Shown: piece after piece, positions 48,638-57,185 of the stretch
Layout: each line of letters starts with the position of its first letter
How positions within the stretch are numbered: position 1 is the stretch's first letter
Assembly: GCA_945859975.1 (NCBI GenBank)
Contig: CAMAPH010000001.1
Span: 96,001 to 160,000, forward strand
DNA: 64,000 bases
Direction: 5' to 3'
Source: Chthonomonas calidirosea
GTDB taxonomy: Bacteria; Armatimonadota; Fimbriimonadia; Fimbriimonadales; Fimbriimonadaceae
The notes under the pieces: model-generated
Told to the model about the DNA's origin: nothing
The model's input: only the letters and a program-made list of their open reading frames with translations
Database searches by the model: none
Translations under genes and position numbers: made by a program

Positions 48638-50474
48638 ACTCGGGGATCCAAGGTTCAAACCGTTTCCAGCGAGCAATCGAAGTTGTGTAGATCGGCTGCC
48701 GGACTTGCCACAGGCTCGGGGTTCGCACCGCCCGCTCGTTCTTCTCGTGATGCAAACACGCCTCGTTCCAAGGCAGGCCGGCAAACTCAATCAGCTTTCG
48801 CGTCAGATTGTCGCGGTCGGCGATCAAGTCCTCGTACTGAATCTCCATGAAGCTCTCTGGCGGCAGAACCTCGCGCCAGTGGGCGATGATGCGCTGGTAC
48901 TGCTTGTAGGCAAAAACGATGTTGTCTCGATCGTGGGCAAACACCGGCGGGCGCTGATACGCGGTAGTGAAAATGGAAAGACAATTGTCCGCCGGACTAC
49001 GTTTGACGTGGATGATCTTTGCCTTGGGAAAAGCGGTGTGGATTAGCCCCAGCATCGCGTAGTTGTGCGGAAGCTTATCGGTGATCCGCTTCGCCTTTGG
49101 CCCCAGCTTCTTAAGATCGGCAAGGTAGCGTTCGCCAAGCTTTCGGATTCGCGGCGCGGTCGGCACGTGGTTGTCGCCGTACGCTTCTTCCTCAAAATCG
49201 TGCCAGAACGGAAGCTCACCGGCTCCGATCACGTCGGGATGGCTTGAAAGGATCTGCTCCAGAAGCGAGGTTCCAGAGCGCATCATGCCCACGATCATGA
49301 GCGGAAGCTGAGTATCAAGCCCTTCAGCGGCAAGCTCCTCTAGCTTCGGCTGGGTGAACGTCTCCATGGTCCGCGAGAAGCGATCCTGATAATCTTCCGT
49401 CCGCCAAGGAACCTGGCTTAGCCAGGTTTGGTACGCGATCTTGTTTCCTTCGGTGTAATGCTGGATCGACGACTCAAAATCTTTCAGATCCTCACTTGCC
49501 TTTCCAAGCGCATAGTGCATTTCTCCGCGATCTCGTAAAGGCGTCAGCGGCGAATGGACGTTAGTCCGGAGCGTTTCGAGAATTTCTGGTGCAACCTCCG
49601 GCGCTTTTTTGGCTCGAAGTAAGTTGTAAAAGGCAAAACCGTGATGAGGAGTTAAGCGGATTGACGCCTCCAAAAATCGAAGTGACTCGGGAAACTTTCC
49701 TTGTTCTTGGAGCAGATAGCCTAGGGCCGCGTTGGCAATACCGTTTTCGGGCTGGACCTTGATGGTGTTTCTTAAGTATGTTTCGCTCTCATCTCCGCGG
49801 CCAAGTTCCGAAAGGGCTAGAGCTTTTGCAAGGTTGGCCGCGGGATGTCGCTTCTCTAAGTGAAGCGCTTTGTCGGCTGCTCGAAGCGTCTCCTTGAACT
49901 TTCCGAGTTCTAGCTGAGTCCGGGCCAAAAGCAACCAGGCTTCGAGATTCCGCGTGTCAAGCTGAAGGAGTTCCTCAAGCGCCGCTAGCAACTGCGGCTT
50001 GGAACCGCTCTGTTCGCACAACGCTGCAATTCGTCGAAGCAGCATGATGTCTCTCGGCGTCTGCTCCTTGGCCTTTTGCAAGATCTGCAGCGCATCCGGT
50101 TTTCGGTTGGCGCGCTCAAGCAAATCGGCGAGATGCACCCAAACCGGGGCGTCTTCGGGATTGAGTAGTGCTGCCGTTTCTGCGTAAGTGATCGCTTCTG
50201 GCAGGCGTCGCGTCGAAGCTAGGAGCTTACTTAGAACGATTAGGCACTCCGTGGATGAGGGCTCGATTTCAAGGGCCGTTCGGAGAAAGCCCTCTGCTTC
50301 TGGAGTTCGGTGCTGGCGCGCAGCAATCATTGCTGAAATGACTAGCGCCGAGACATCCGACGGCTCAATGCTCAGAGCGGATTGAATGGACTGTTCCGCT
50401 TGAACAATCTGATTCTGTTGAAACTGTCGAAGAGCAAGTTCTCTCAATGCGTCGGCATCATTGGTTTCTGTCAT
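48603..50474 (-). CDS. TPR-repeat sulfotransferase (Sulfotransfer_3 / TPST-like)
   Basis: N-terminal TPRs; 5'-PSB IVGMMRSGTSLLEQIL, TDKLPHN, 3'-PB HVKRSPADNCLS, TPSLWQVRQPIY. Confidence 0.92.
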   Translation of the reverse strand: MTETNDADALRELALRQFQQNQIVQAEQSIQSALSIEPSDVSALVISAMIAARQHRTPEAEGFLRTALEIEPSSTECLIVLSKLLASTRRLPEAITYAETAALLNPEDAPVWVHLADLLERANRKPDALQILQKAKEQTPRDIMLLRRIAALCEQSGSKPQLLAALEELLQLDTRNLEAWLLLARTQLELGKFKETLRAADKALHLEKRHPAANLAKALALSELGRGDESETYLRNTIKVQPENGIANAALGYLLQEQGKFPESLRFLEASIRLTPHHGFAFYNLLRAKKAPEVAPEILETLRTNVHSPLTPLRDRGEMHYALGKASEDLKDFESSIQHYTEGNKIAYQTWLSQVPWRTEDYQDRFSRTMETFTQPKLEELAAEGLDTQLPLMIVGMMRSGTSLLEQILSSHPDVIGAGELPFWHDFEEEAYGDNHVPTAPRIRKLGERYLADLKKLGPKAKRITDKLPHNYAMLGLIHTAFPKAKIIHVKRSPADNCLSIFTTAYQRPPVFAHDRDNIVFAYKQYQRIIAHWREVLPPESFMEIQYEDLIADRDNLTRKLIEFAGLPWNEACLHHEKNERAVRTPSLWQVRQPIYTTSIARWKRFEPWIPEFTALLEESERQ

Positions 50475-50494
50475 TTTTGCTCTCTTGAAACGCA

Positions 50495-50530
50495 AACTGC
50501 GGCCCTGCACGGATGTGCAAGACCGCAGTT
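50495..50530 (-). terminator. 16-bp RNA stem-loop between lipoprotein and sulfotransferase genes
   Basis: Minus-strand AACTGCGGTCTTGCAC-ATCC-GTGCAGGGCCGCAGTT, perfect with two G-U pairs; weak U-tract. Confidence 0.55.
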
Positions 50531-50538
50531 AACCTGAC

Positions 50539-50745
50539 TTATCGCTTGTTCGCAGGCTCCGTGAGAGCAGCGTCGCGCATCGTGTTTGTTTGGTTTTTCT
50601 CGTCCTCGGGAACCCCTTGGTTCACGAGATCTTTGTATTCCTTTCCGGTTACAGTTTTGTCGTTCGGTCCGACTTGCTGCTCACATCCGGTCACGGCAAA
50701 AGCTGCCGCGACCAGGAAAAGAATGCAGATCAGTTTTGAAGCCAA
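50539..50745 (-). CDS. Small lipoprotein (68 aa)
   Basis: TTG start 50745 gives [21 protein letters not shown] (lipobox); overlaps the prepilin gene stop. Confidence 0.7.
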   Translation of the reverse strand: MASKLICILFLVAAAFAVTGCEQQVGPNDKTVTGKEYKDLVNQGVPEDEKNQTNTMRDAALTEPANKR

Positions 50746-51584
50746 GGAGCGCCCCAGAATCGGAAGAGATCTCGGTTCGTCATTGCGGCACAGTAGCTGG
50801 CGTTGCTGCCATCGTACTCGTTTCGCGCTGGCGTGTCCGCAAATCGCTTCACGAACTTCTCTTGACCGTACTTTCCTGCGTGTCCGTCCGCAAATGCGCC
50901 GATGAACTTCTGTCCGTAGGTTCGTCGCGAATCGAAGACGAGTGCGTTCCAAGAGAACGTATCCGTGTATCGGTCAGCGATTGGCTGCGATGCTGCTGGC
51001 AACACGAACCGAAGCCAAGACCAGTTCGAGATGCTGCCGTATCGGGTTGGAGTAACCGCAAGTCGACCTGCGATGTCCTCGAAGGACGTGAGCGAGCGCA
51101 TTGCCGCTGGAACCGAATCAACTTCTGGCGTGCAAGGGTTGTTGCTCGATCCGGTCTGGGTGTAACCGTCAACGCTGATCGAGAAGCTGGTGATCCAAGC
51201 CCAAGTGTAGGTGTACGGCTCGTATGGGTAGTACGGGTCGAGGTAGGTTCGGTTGTAGTTATTGATCTCAGGGATCGTCTTATCGAAGTAGATCGACTGG
51301 TTCTTGATGTATGGGAAGGTTCGACCAACCCAGGTGTTGTTGTAGTGGTAAACGTTCGGCTCAACCGATGCGTTTTCAACCCAACCATAGTTAGGAACCG
51401 CCATGTCGTCGAAGTCGGTCGAGTACATCTGGAGACCGAGGGCAACCTGCTTCAGACCCGAGAGGGAAGACGTGATCTTCGCTGCAGACTTGGCCTGCGC
51501 AAATACTGGGAATAGGATCGCCGCAAGAATTGCGATGATCGCGATGACGACCAAGAGTTCAATAAGAGTAAAAGCGCGTCGCAT
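50730..51584 (-). CDS. Prepilin-type N-terminal cleavage/methylation domain protein (DUF1559-like)
   Basis: [44 protein letters not shown]-terminal FADGH. Confidence 0.93.
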   Translation of the reverse strand: MRRAFTLIELLVVIAIIAILAAILFPVFAQAKSAAKITSSLSGLKQVALGLQMYSTDFDDMAVPNYGWVENASVEPNVYHYNNTWVGRTFPYIKNQSIYFDKTIPEINNYNRTYLDPYYPYEPYTYTWAWITSFSISVDGYTQTGSSNNPCTPEVDSVPAAMRSLTSFEDIAGRLAVTPTRYGSISNWSWLRFVLPAASQPIADRYTDTFSWNALVFDSRRTYGQKFIGAFADGHAGKYGQEKFVKRFADTPARNEYDGSNASYCAAMTNRDLFRFWGAPWLQN

Positions 51585-51649
51585 AACAAGCTCCGCCCAA
51601 ATTGTACGAACCCCGCATTAAGTCAAGGTTAAGAACTGAACGTAAAATA

Positions 51650-53428
51650 CTAGGTTTTTCGGGTCCACTTGCCCACGGCTTCGCGAAGCCGTTCTAACCC
51701 ATCAGAGACCGAAACGACCTCCGTGTCGATCACCAAATCGGGCGCTTCTGGCTCCTCGTACGCCGCCGTGATTCCCGTGAAATTGGAGATTTCGCCGGCT
51801 CGTGCCTTTGCATAAAGCCCCTTGACATCCCGCAAGGCGACCGTTTCCAGCGAACACCGGACAAACACTTCTCGAAACGGCTTGCCCACGATCGACCGAG
51901 CCAACTCCCGCTGATGCCGCATCGGCGAAATCAGCGAGCAAACGACCGTCAATCCCTGCCCTGCTAGCACGTTCGCAAGCTCCGCCACGCGGCGAATATT
52001 CTCCGTACGGTCCTCTTCCGAGAATCCAAGATCGGAGTTCATCCCGGCACGAAGGGCGTCCCCGTCCAAAATCACAACCCCGGCTCGGCCGCGGGCAAAT
52101 GCCTCGGCCAAAGTCGATTTTCCTGCTCCGCTCAGGCCCGTCATCCAAAGCACAACACCTGCGGAACTTGACGCAGACGAGTCGCTCGAAATCCGCGTGA
52201 CTACCCCGGCCCCTAAGGTCTCGTTGCTCACGGGGTCGACGAGAAGAAACGCCCCCGTAGCTCGGTTTCGATCGTACAAATCAAGAGAAAGGGGCGAAGA
52301 GGTCTGAATGACCAGGCGGCCAATCTCGTTGAGGCCCAATGTCGAAACGTACTCGCGGTGCAGCGTCTCAGGGTTGATTCGGTAGACCAGTTCTGAAATC
52401 ATTCCAGTTTGCGACTGGGTGCCTGCTAGCACTAGAATCGGTGAGGAAAGCTCAAGCACGCGGTCTGTCATCCAGCAAACCGTTCCTTCGAAAGTGGTGG
52501 TCACCGGGGAGGGATTCCGCGACCGCACGAGCGTCTGCCCTCGAACCAAGTCTAGCTCGTCCTCAAGCTCCACAACGATCGGCTGCCCGGTTGTTGCTTC
52601 CGGGATCGAACCGTCCGCCGTCGAGAGGGCTTTCACTCGAGAGTTCTGTCCACCGGGGAGCGCCGTAACCTCGTCGCCCACCCGAATTGACCCCGAAACC
52701 GGCGTACCGGCATACCCCCGAAAATTCGCTGACGGCCGAATGGCAAGCTGAATTGGGAATCGAAACTCAACCGGAGTCTGGCGCGGCGAAAGTTCAACCG
52801 AATCCAGATACTCCAGCACCGACGGCCCGGAATACCACGGCATCAAGTCGCTGCGGGTCACGAGGTTCGTGCCGGCCAAAGCGCTGACGGGCATGAAGCG
52901 TAGGTCCGCAAACTCCAACTTTGTAACGTACCGACGGATCTCATCCACCCACTTTTCGTACTGGGCTGAGTCATATGCGACCAAGTCCATCTTGTTGATC
53001 AAGATCAGCACGTGCGGAACCCGGAGGAGGGAAACGATGAAGGCGTGACGGAAGGTCTGCACGGTCGGCCCCTTCGTTGCGTCCACCAAAAGAATCGCGA
53101 CGTCGGCGGTGGATGCCCCGGTGAACATGTTCCGGGTGTATTGCGCGTGACCGGGCGTATCGGCAAGCAAGAATCGCCGCCGCTCGGTGGCGAAGTGCCG
53201 GTAAGCAACGTCGATCGTGATCTTCTGACTCCGCTCCGCACGCAAGCCATCGGTGAGCAATGCTAGGTTCACCTCGGTTTCACCGGTTTGCAGGCTCGCT
53301 TTCTCGATCGCTTCGTACTGATCGGTCAGAATTGCGCCGCACTCGAAAAGTAGCCGCCCCAGGAAAGTGCTCTTTCCGTCGTCCACGCTTCCCGCCGTCG
53401 CGACGCGAACTAAAGGTCGCGAATCCAT
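51650..53428 (-). CDS. cysNC: Bifunctional sulfate adenylyltransferase subunit 1 / adenylyl-sulfate kinase
   Basis: GSVDDGKST, ITIDVAYR, DTPGH, NKMD; C-terminal TGLSGAGKST, LDGD, RDVKGLY. Confidence 0.95.
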   Translation of the reverse strand: MDSRPLVRVATAGSVDDGKSTFLGRLLFECGAILTDQYEAIEKASLQTGETEVNLALLTDGLRAERSQKITIDVAYRHFATERRRFLLADTPGHAQYTRNMFTGASTADVAILLVDATKGPTVQTFRHAFIVSLLRVPHVLILINKMDLVAYDSAQYEKWVDEIRRYVTKLEFADLRFMPVSALAGTNLVTRSDLMPWYSGPSVLEYLDSVELSPRQTPVEFRFPIQLAIRPSANFRGYAGTPVSGSIRVGDEVTALPGGQNSRVKALSTADGSIPEATTGQPIVVELEDELDLVRGQTLVRSRNPSPVTTTFEGTVCWMTDRVLELSSPILVLAGTQSQTGMISELVYRINPETLHREYVSTLGLNEIGRLVIQTSSPLSLDLYDRNRATGAFLLVDPVSNETLGAGVVTRISSDSSASSSAGVVLWMTGLSGAGKSTLAEAFARGRAGVVILDGDALRAGMNSDLGFSEEDRTENIRRVAELANVLAGQGLTVVCSLISPMRHQRELARSIVGKPFREVFVRCSLETVALRDVKGLYAKARAGEISNFTGITAAYEEPEAPDLVIDTEVVSVSDGLERLREAVGKWTRKT

Positions 53429-54327
53429 CAGAAGTACCCCTGCAACTTGCGGTCTTCCATCGCGGCGTCCGATCGCTGATCATCCGCCCTTGTGCTCCGT
53501 TCGGTTCGCCGCGAGGCTCGGACTTCAGCAATCACTTCCTCAATCGTGGTGGCCGAGCTATCGATGGCTCCGGTACAAGTCGCGTCGCCGACGGTTCGGA
53601 ACCGAACCGTTCGCACCTCTGGCATATCGTCAGGTTGCAAAGTGACAAAAGGCGTCAGGCCAAGCCAGACCGACCCACGCCGCACAACCTCTCGCTCGTG
53701 GGCAAAGTAAATATCCGGAACCGCCAGGTCGTACTTCTGGATGAACTCCCAAACGTCTAGCTCGGTCCAGTTGCTCAAAGGGAAGACCCGAAAATGCTCG
53801 CCATGCTTCTTGCGGGCGTTGATTAGCCGCCAAACCTCGGGCCGCTGATTTCGAGGATCCCACTGGCCAAAAGTGTTGCGGTGGCTGAAGAACCGTTCCT
53901 TCGCTCGAGCCTTTTCTTCGTCTCGCCGCGCGCCGCCGATGGCGGCATCCAGCCGGAATTCGGCCATTGCGTCGAGCAGGGTTACGGTCTGTAAGCCGTT
54001 CCGGCTTGCGTTCGGACCGACCTCGTCCTGCACTCGCCCTTGATCGATGCTTGCCTGAACCGTCCGGACCTGCAAGTCAAAGCCGTTCTCGGCAGCAAAG
54101 CGATCCCGAAAAACGAGAGTCTCGGGAAAGTTGTGCCCGGTATCCACGTGGAGCAAAAAGAAAGGCCGCGAAGCCGGCCAGAAAGCCCGCTTCGCCAAGT
54201 GCGCCACCACGATGCTGTCCTTTCCACCCGAAAACAGAATCGCGACCCGATCAAAGTTTGCGGCGGCCTCGCGAAGCATGTAGATTGCTTCCGCTTCCAA
54301 CTCCTCGAGGCCCGACTTTAGCACCAT
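53428..54327 (-). CDS. cysD: Sulfate adenylyltransferase subunit 2
   Basis: FSGGKDS, GGARRDEEKARAKER, RFRTVGD, MEDRKLQGYF; TGATG overlap with cysNC. Confidence 0.96.
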   Translation of the reverse strand: MVLKSGLEELEAEAIYMLREAAANFDRVAILFSGGKDSIVVAHLAKRAFWPASRPFFLLHVDTGHNFPETLVFRDRFAAENGFDLQVRTVQASIDQGRVQDEVGPNASRNGLQTVTLLDAMAEFRLDAAIGGARRDEEKARAKERFFSHRNTFGQWDPRNQRPEVWRLINARKKHGEHFRVFPLSNWTELDVWEFIQKYDLAVPDIYFAHEREVVRRGSVWLGLTPFVTLQPDDMPEVRTVRFRTVGDATCTGAIDSSATTIEEVIAEVRASRRTERSTRADDQRSDAAMEDRKLQGYF

Positions 54328-54351
54328 GAATCGAACAGAAGGTTAGCCGAT

Positions 54352-55665
54352 CTAGAGCGTCCAACCGGCACGATAGGCTGGCTTAATCAGCGAATCGTAT
54401 TCGTTCGTGCCCTTCACGGCCATCTTCTTCGCGTCGTATTCCAGCCTTGGACCGTTTGCCCAAACGGCAAGGTTGCCCAGCAAAACCATCTCGGTCAGCG
54501 GTCCGCTGTAGTTCGGAATATTCGACATCGGCGCCGGTCCGCCTTCTGCGGCGAGGAACAACTCCGCCATGTGCCCGGGAGATTTCACGAACTCGACAGT
54601 TGGAAGCGGCGCTCCGCCGAGGATCGTTGTTCGAATGCCGTACTCATTTCCGCAAACCAGCGTCGCCTTTTCGCAAACGATAATCATGCCGTTCTGACCA
54701 AACTTCACTCCCGGAGCGAGTTCCTGGGCAGGCAGCTTTCCGCCGTCGTACCACTGCAAGTTGACCGCCGGTCGATTGCGATTCGCCGCGAACTCGTACT
54801 TGACGATGCTCCAGAGTGGGTAGCTGTCCTTGTTGTGACCCGAAGTCTCCGCCTGAACCGCAACCGGATTGTTCAAATCCAGCGCCATGAACGGCAAGTT
54901 CATGTTGTGGCAGCCAATGTCGCCCAGCGCGCCGCTTCCGAACTCCCACCAGCCGCGCCAAGCGAACGGGTGGTATCCCTCGGCATACGGTCGCTCTGGA
55001 GATGGTCCGAGCCAAAGGTCAAAATCGACTTGCTTCGGTTGCTCCTTTGGTGCTGGCCGGCTGATGCCCTGGGGCCAGAAGTTGCCGGCTCGGTTGGTCC
55101 AGCAGTGAATCTCTTTGACCTCACCAAAAGCCTTGCTCCGAATCAGGTTGGCGACTTGTCGAACGGAGTCATCGGAAGTCGACTGATTGCCCATCTGGGT
55201 GTGCACCCGATGCTTCTTCGCCAGTTCCACTAACCGTCGCGCCTCAAAAATAGTGCGTGTCAATGGCTTTTCGCAGTAAACGTGCTTGCCAAGCTTCATC
55301 GCCATTGCGGCGGCAGGAGCATGAGTGTGGTCCGGAGTGCTGACGATAACGACATCAAGGTCTTTATCGAGCTTCTCCAAAAGCTCACGGAAGTCGGTAA
55401 AGGTGGTTGCTCTTGGGTACTCGATCAACGCCTTCGCGCGCCGATCTGCATCGACATCGCAAAGGGCAATGACATCGCCAAGCTTCGCTGCCGAAGCCAA
55501 GTTCGCGCCGCCTCGGCCACCGATGCCAATGCAGGCGACGCGGAGCTTATCGCCCTTCTTGCGCGTGCCCGACTGCTCGGCTCGCGCCGCCAGCGGCATA
55601 GCGAGCGTAATTCCGGCCGCCCCGGCAAGCTTCAATAGATCGCGACGTGAGGTTTCTTGCGACAT
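54352..55665 (-). CDS. Tat-exported Gfo/Idh/MocA oxidoreductase (paralogue 2)
   Basis: SRRDLL twin-Arg, IGIGGRG, STPDHTH, YCEKPL, GALGDIGCH. Confidence 0.93.
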   Translation of the reverse strand: MSQETSRRDLLKLAGAAGITLAMPLAARAEQSGTRKKGDKLRVACIGIGGRGGANLASAAKLGDVIALCDVDADRRAKALIEYPRATTFTDFRELLEKLDKDLDVVIVSTPDHTHAPAAAMAMKLGKHVYCEKPLTRTIFEARRLVELAKKHRVHTQMGNQSTSDDSVRQVANLIRSKAFGEVKEIHCWTNRAGNFWPQGISRPAPKEQPKQVDFDLWLGPSPERPYAEGYHPFAWRGWWEFGSGALGDIGCHNMNLPFMALDLNNPVAVQAETSGHNKDSYPLWSIVKYEFAANRNRPAVNLQWYDGGKLPAQELAPGVKFGQNGMIIVCEKATLVCGNEYGIRTTILGGAPLPTVEFVKSPGHMAELFLAAEGGPAPMSNIPNYSGPLTEMVLLGNLAVWANGPRLEYDAKKMAVKGTNEYDSLIKPAYRAGWTL

Positions 55666-55697
55666 AGCGGAGGCAGTTTAGCGGGAACGGAGAAAAT

Positions 55698-56069
55698 TTA
55701 CGAGGGAGAAAGCGAGAGTTCTCGCAGATCTGAGATCGCCTCGAGCGATTCCGCCTCGGTTTCCGGCCAAATTTCGTACGCTCCGGCATCGAAAAACTGT
55801 CCGTCCAGGATCGTCCAGCGACCACTAATCATTTGTCCATCCCACTTGCCCGTGTACCGAACCTGCCAGAACATGTAGTTCTTGATCAGAAAAACATCCT
55901 CGCCGTCATACTCGCCGGTGACCCCAAAGCCGCCGCTCTTGTCCGACCCCTCACCCGAAATTTCGCCCGCGCCGAATCGCAGGGTCATCCGCTGATGCCC
56001 CTTTTCTGGCCCCTGGATCCACCAACCGATCCAAGGCCCACTTTTCGATTCTAAGCTTCCATCCGCCAC
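55698..56069 (-). CDS. Hypothetical beta-rich protein
   Basis: WIGWWIQ, ISGEGSD, YTGKWDG, ISGRW, YEIWP; GTG 56069 lies 6 nt after TACACT. Confidence 0.7.
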   Translation of the reverse strand: MADGSLESKSGPWIGWWIQGPEKGHQRMTLRFGAGEISGEGSDKSGGFGVTGEYDGEDVFLIKNYMFWQVRYTGKWDGQMISGRWTILDGQFFDAGAYEIWPETEAESLEAISDLRELSLSPS

Positions 56070-56073
56070 CTGA

Positions 56074-56169
56074 TTAGTGTACGAGACTAGGACTTTTGCA
56101 GACAATCGGAACACCAGAAAGCGCAACGCGGTCAATAAACCATCGGCTAACTGCCGGTGACAGAAGCAT
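56074..56169 (-). CDS. Candidate 31-aa small ORF MLLSPAVSRWFIDRVALSGVPIVCKSPSLVH
   Basis: AGGAGGAGGAG directly upstream of ATG 56169, preceded by a long hairpin. Confidence 0.3.
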   Translation of the reverse strand: MLLSPAVSRWFIDRVALSGVPIVCKSPSLVH

Positions 56170-56257
56170 AACTCCTCCTCCTAGACTTGCTCCGCAGCCG
56201 CCCCCCGGCTCGGAGCAGTCTTACTTTGGGCCGCCGGAGATTTTGGTAACGTGAGCC

Positions 56258-56989
56258 ATGGCCCTGCTGGATCTCCGCTACTACAGTCATGCCCTTGGCA
56301 TGCAAACCGCCGCAACCGTCATCTTGCCGCAAGACTCGCTTGGCCCATACCAAGTCATGTTCCTGCTCCATGGCCGGAGCGATGACCACACCATCTGGAC
56401 CCGTCGCACCAGCATTGAGCGCTACGTCGACGGCCTTCCACTGATCGTTGTGATGCCAAATGGTCACCGTGGCTTTTATGTAGACATGGATAACGGCTAC
56501 CCCTATGGCAAGGCCGTCGGAGAAGAACTCCCCGCACTCATCCGAAATTGGTTCTCGACCGTAGATGTGTGGAGCATCACCGGTCTATCGATGGGCGGCT
56601 ACGGCGCACTCCGGACCGCCTTCAACTATCCAGATCTTTTCAAGTCTGCGGTCTCCCACTCCGGCGCCCTCATCAAGTTCGGCGAAGGCATCGCCCTCGA
56701 CCGATCCCAAGAAGACCTCGAGTGGTACCGAACCTTCGGCACCGCGCCCCACGGTGGTCCAAATGATTTATTCCAACTTGCAGAAACGCACAAGGACCAG
56801 ATCAAGATCCGCATCGACTGCGGAACCGAAGATTTCCTTCTAGAAGAAAATCGCCGCTACACCGCCCACCTCACCGAAATTGGGTACGAGCACGAATACG
56901 AGGAATTCCCCGGCACCCATGAGTGGGGCTACTGGGACACTCACGTCCAAGAGGCCATTGCGTTCCACCGGAAAAACCTAAACTTCTGA
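56258..56989 (+). CDS. Alpha/beta-hydrolase esterase (CE1/tributyrin esterase-like)
   Basis: LLHGRSDD, GLSMGGYG, DCGTEDFL, GTHEWGYW. Confidence 0.9.
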   Translation: MALLDLRYYSHALGMQTAATVILPQDSLGPYQVMFLLHGRSDDHTIWTRRTSIERYVDGLPLIVVMPNGHRGFYVDMDNGYPYGKAVGEELPALIRNWFSTVDVWSITGLSMGGYGALRTAFNYPDLFKSAVSHSGALIKFGEGIALDRSQEDLEWYRTFGTAPHGGPNDLFQLAETHKDQIKIRIDCGTEDFLLEENRRYTAHLTEIGYEHEYEEFPGTHEWGYWDTHVQEAIAFHRKNLNF

Positions 56990-56990
56990 T

Positions 56991-57020
56991 AAAGATTTTT
57001 CGAAAGGCGACGAAATCTTT
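56991..57020 (+). terminator. AT-rich hairpin after the esterase gene
   Basis: AAAGATTT...AAATCTTT inverted repeat followed by GGCTTTTT. Confidence 0.35.
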
Positions 57021-57059
57021 GGCTTTTTCGGAAAAGTGATGTATAGTCCTGCCGTTCCT

Positions 57060-57161
57060 ATGTCTTCCCAGGTCTTTGGAGTGCGCGTGGTTAGCCAGTA
57101 CGAAGTATTGGTCGGCCTCCTTGCGCTTCTTGGTCTCCTCCTTATTATTGGACCGACCTAG
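57060..57161 (+). CDS. ilv operon leader peptide MSSQVFGVRVVSQYEVLVGLLALLGLLLIIGPT (33 aa)
   Basis: 6 Val, 8 Leu and 2 Ile in 33 codons; follows TATAGT (57042-57047); precedes terminator and ilvB. Confidence 0.85.
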   Translation: MSSQVFGVRVVSQYEVLVGLLALLGLLLIIGPT

Positions 57162-57185
57162 CCCCGGGAAGCTAAAGAATGACTG

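Noticed and set aside
51601..51626. TTGACT-N14-TACAAT as a canonical sigma70 promoter for the prepilin gene
   Set aside because: The spacer is only 14 nt; only the -10 element is retained as a candidate
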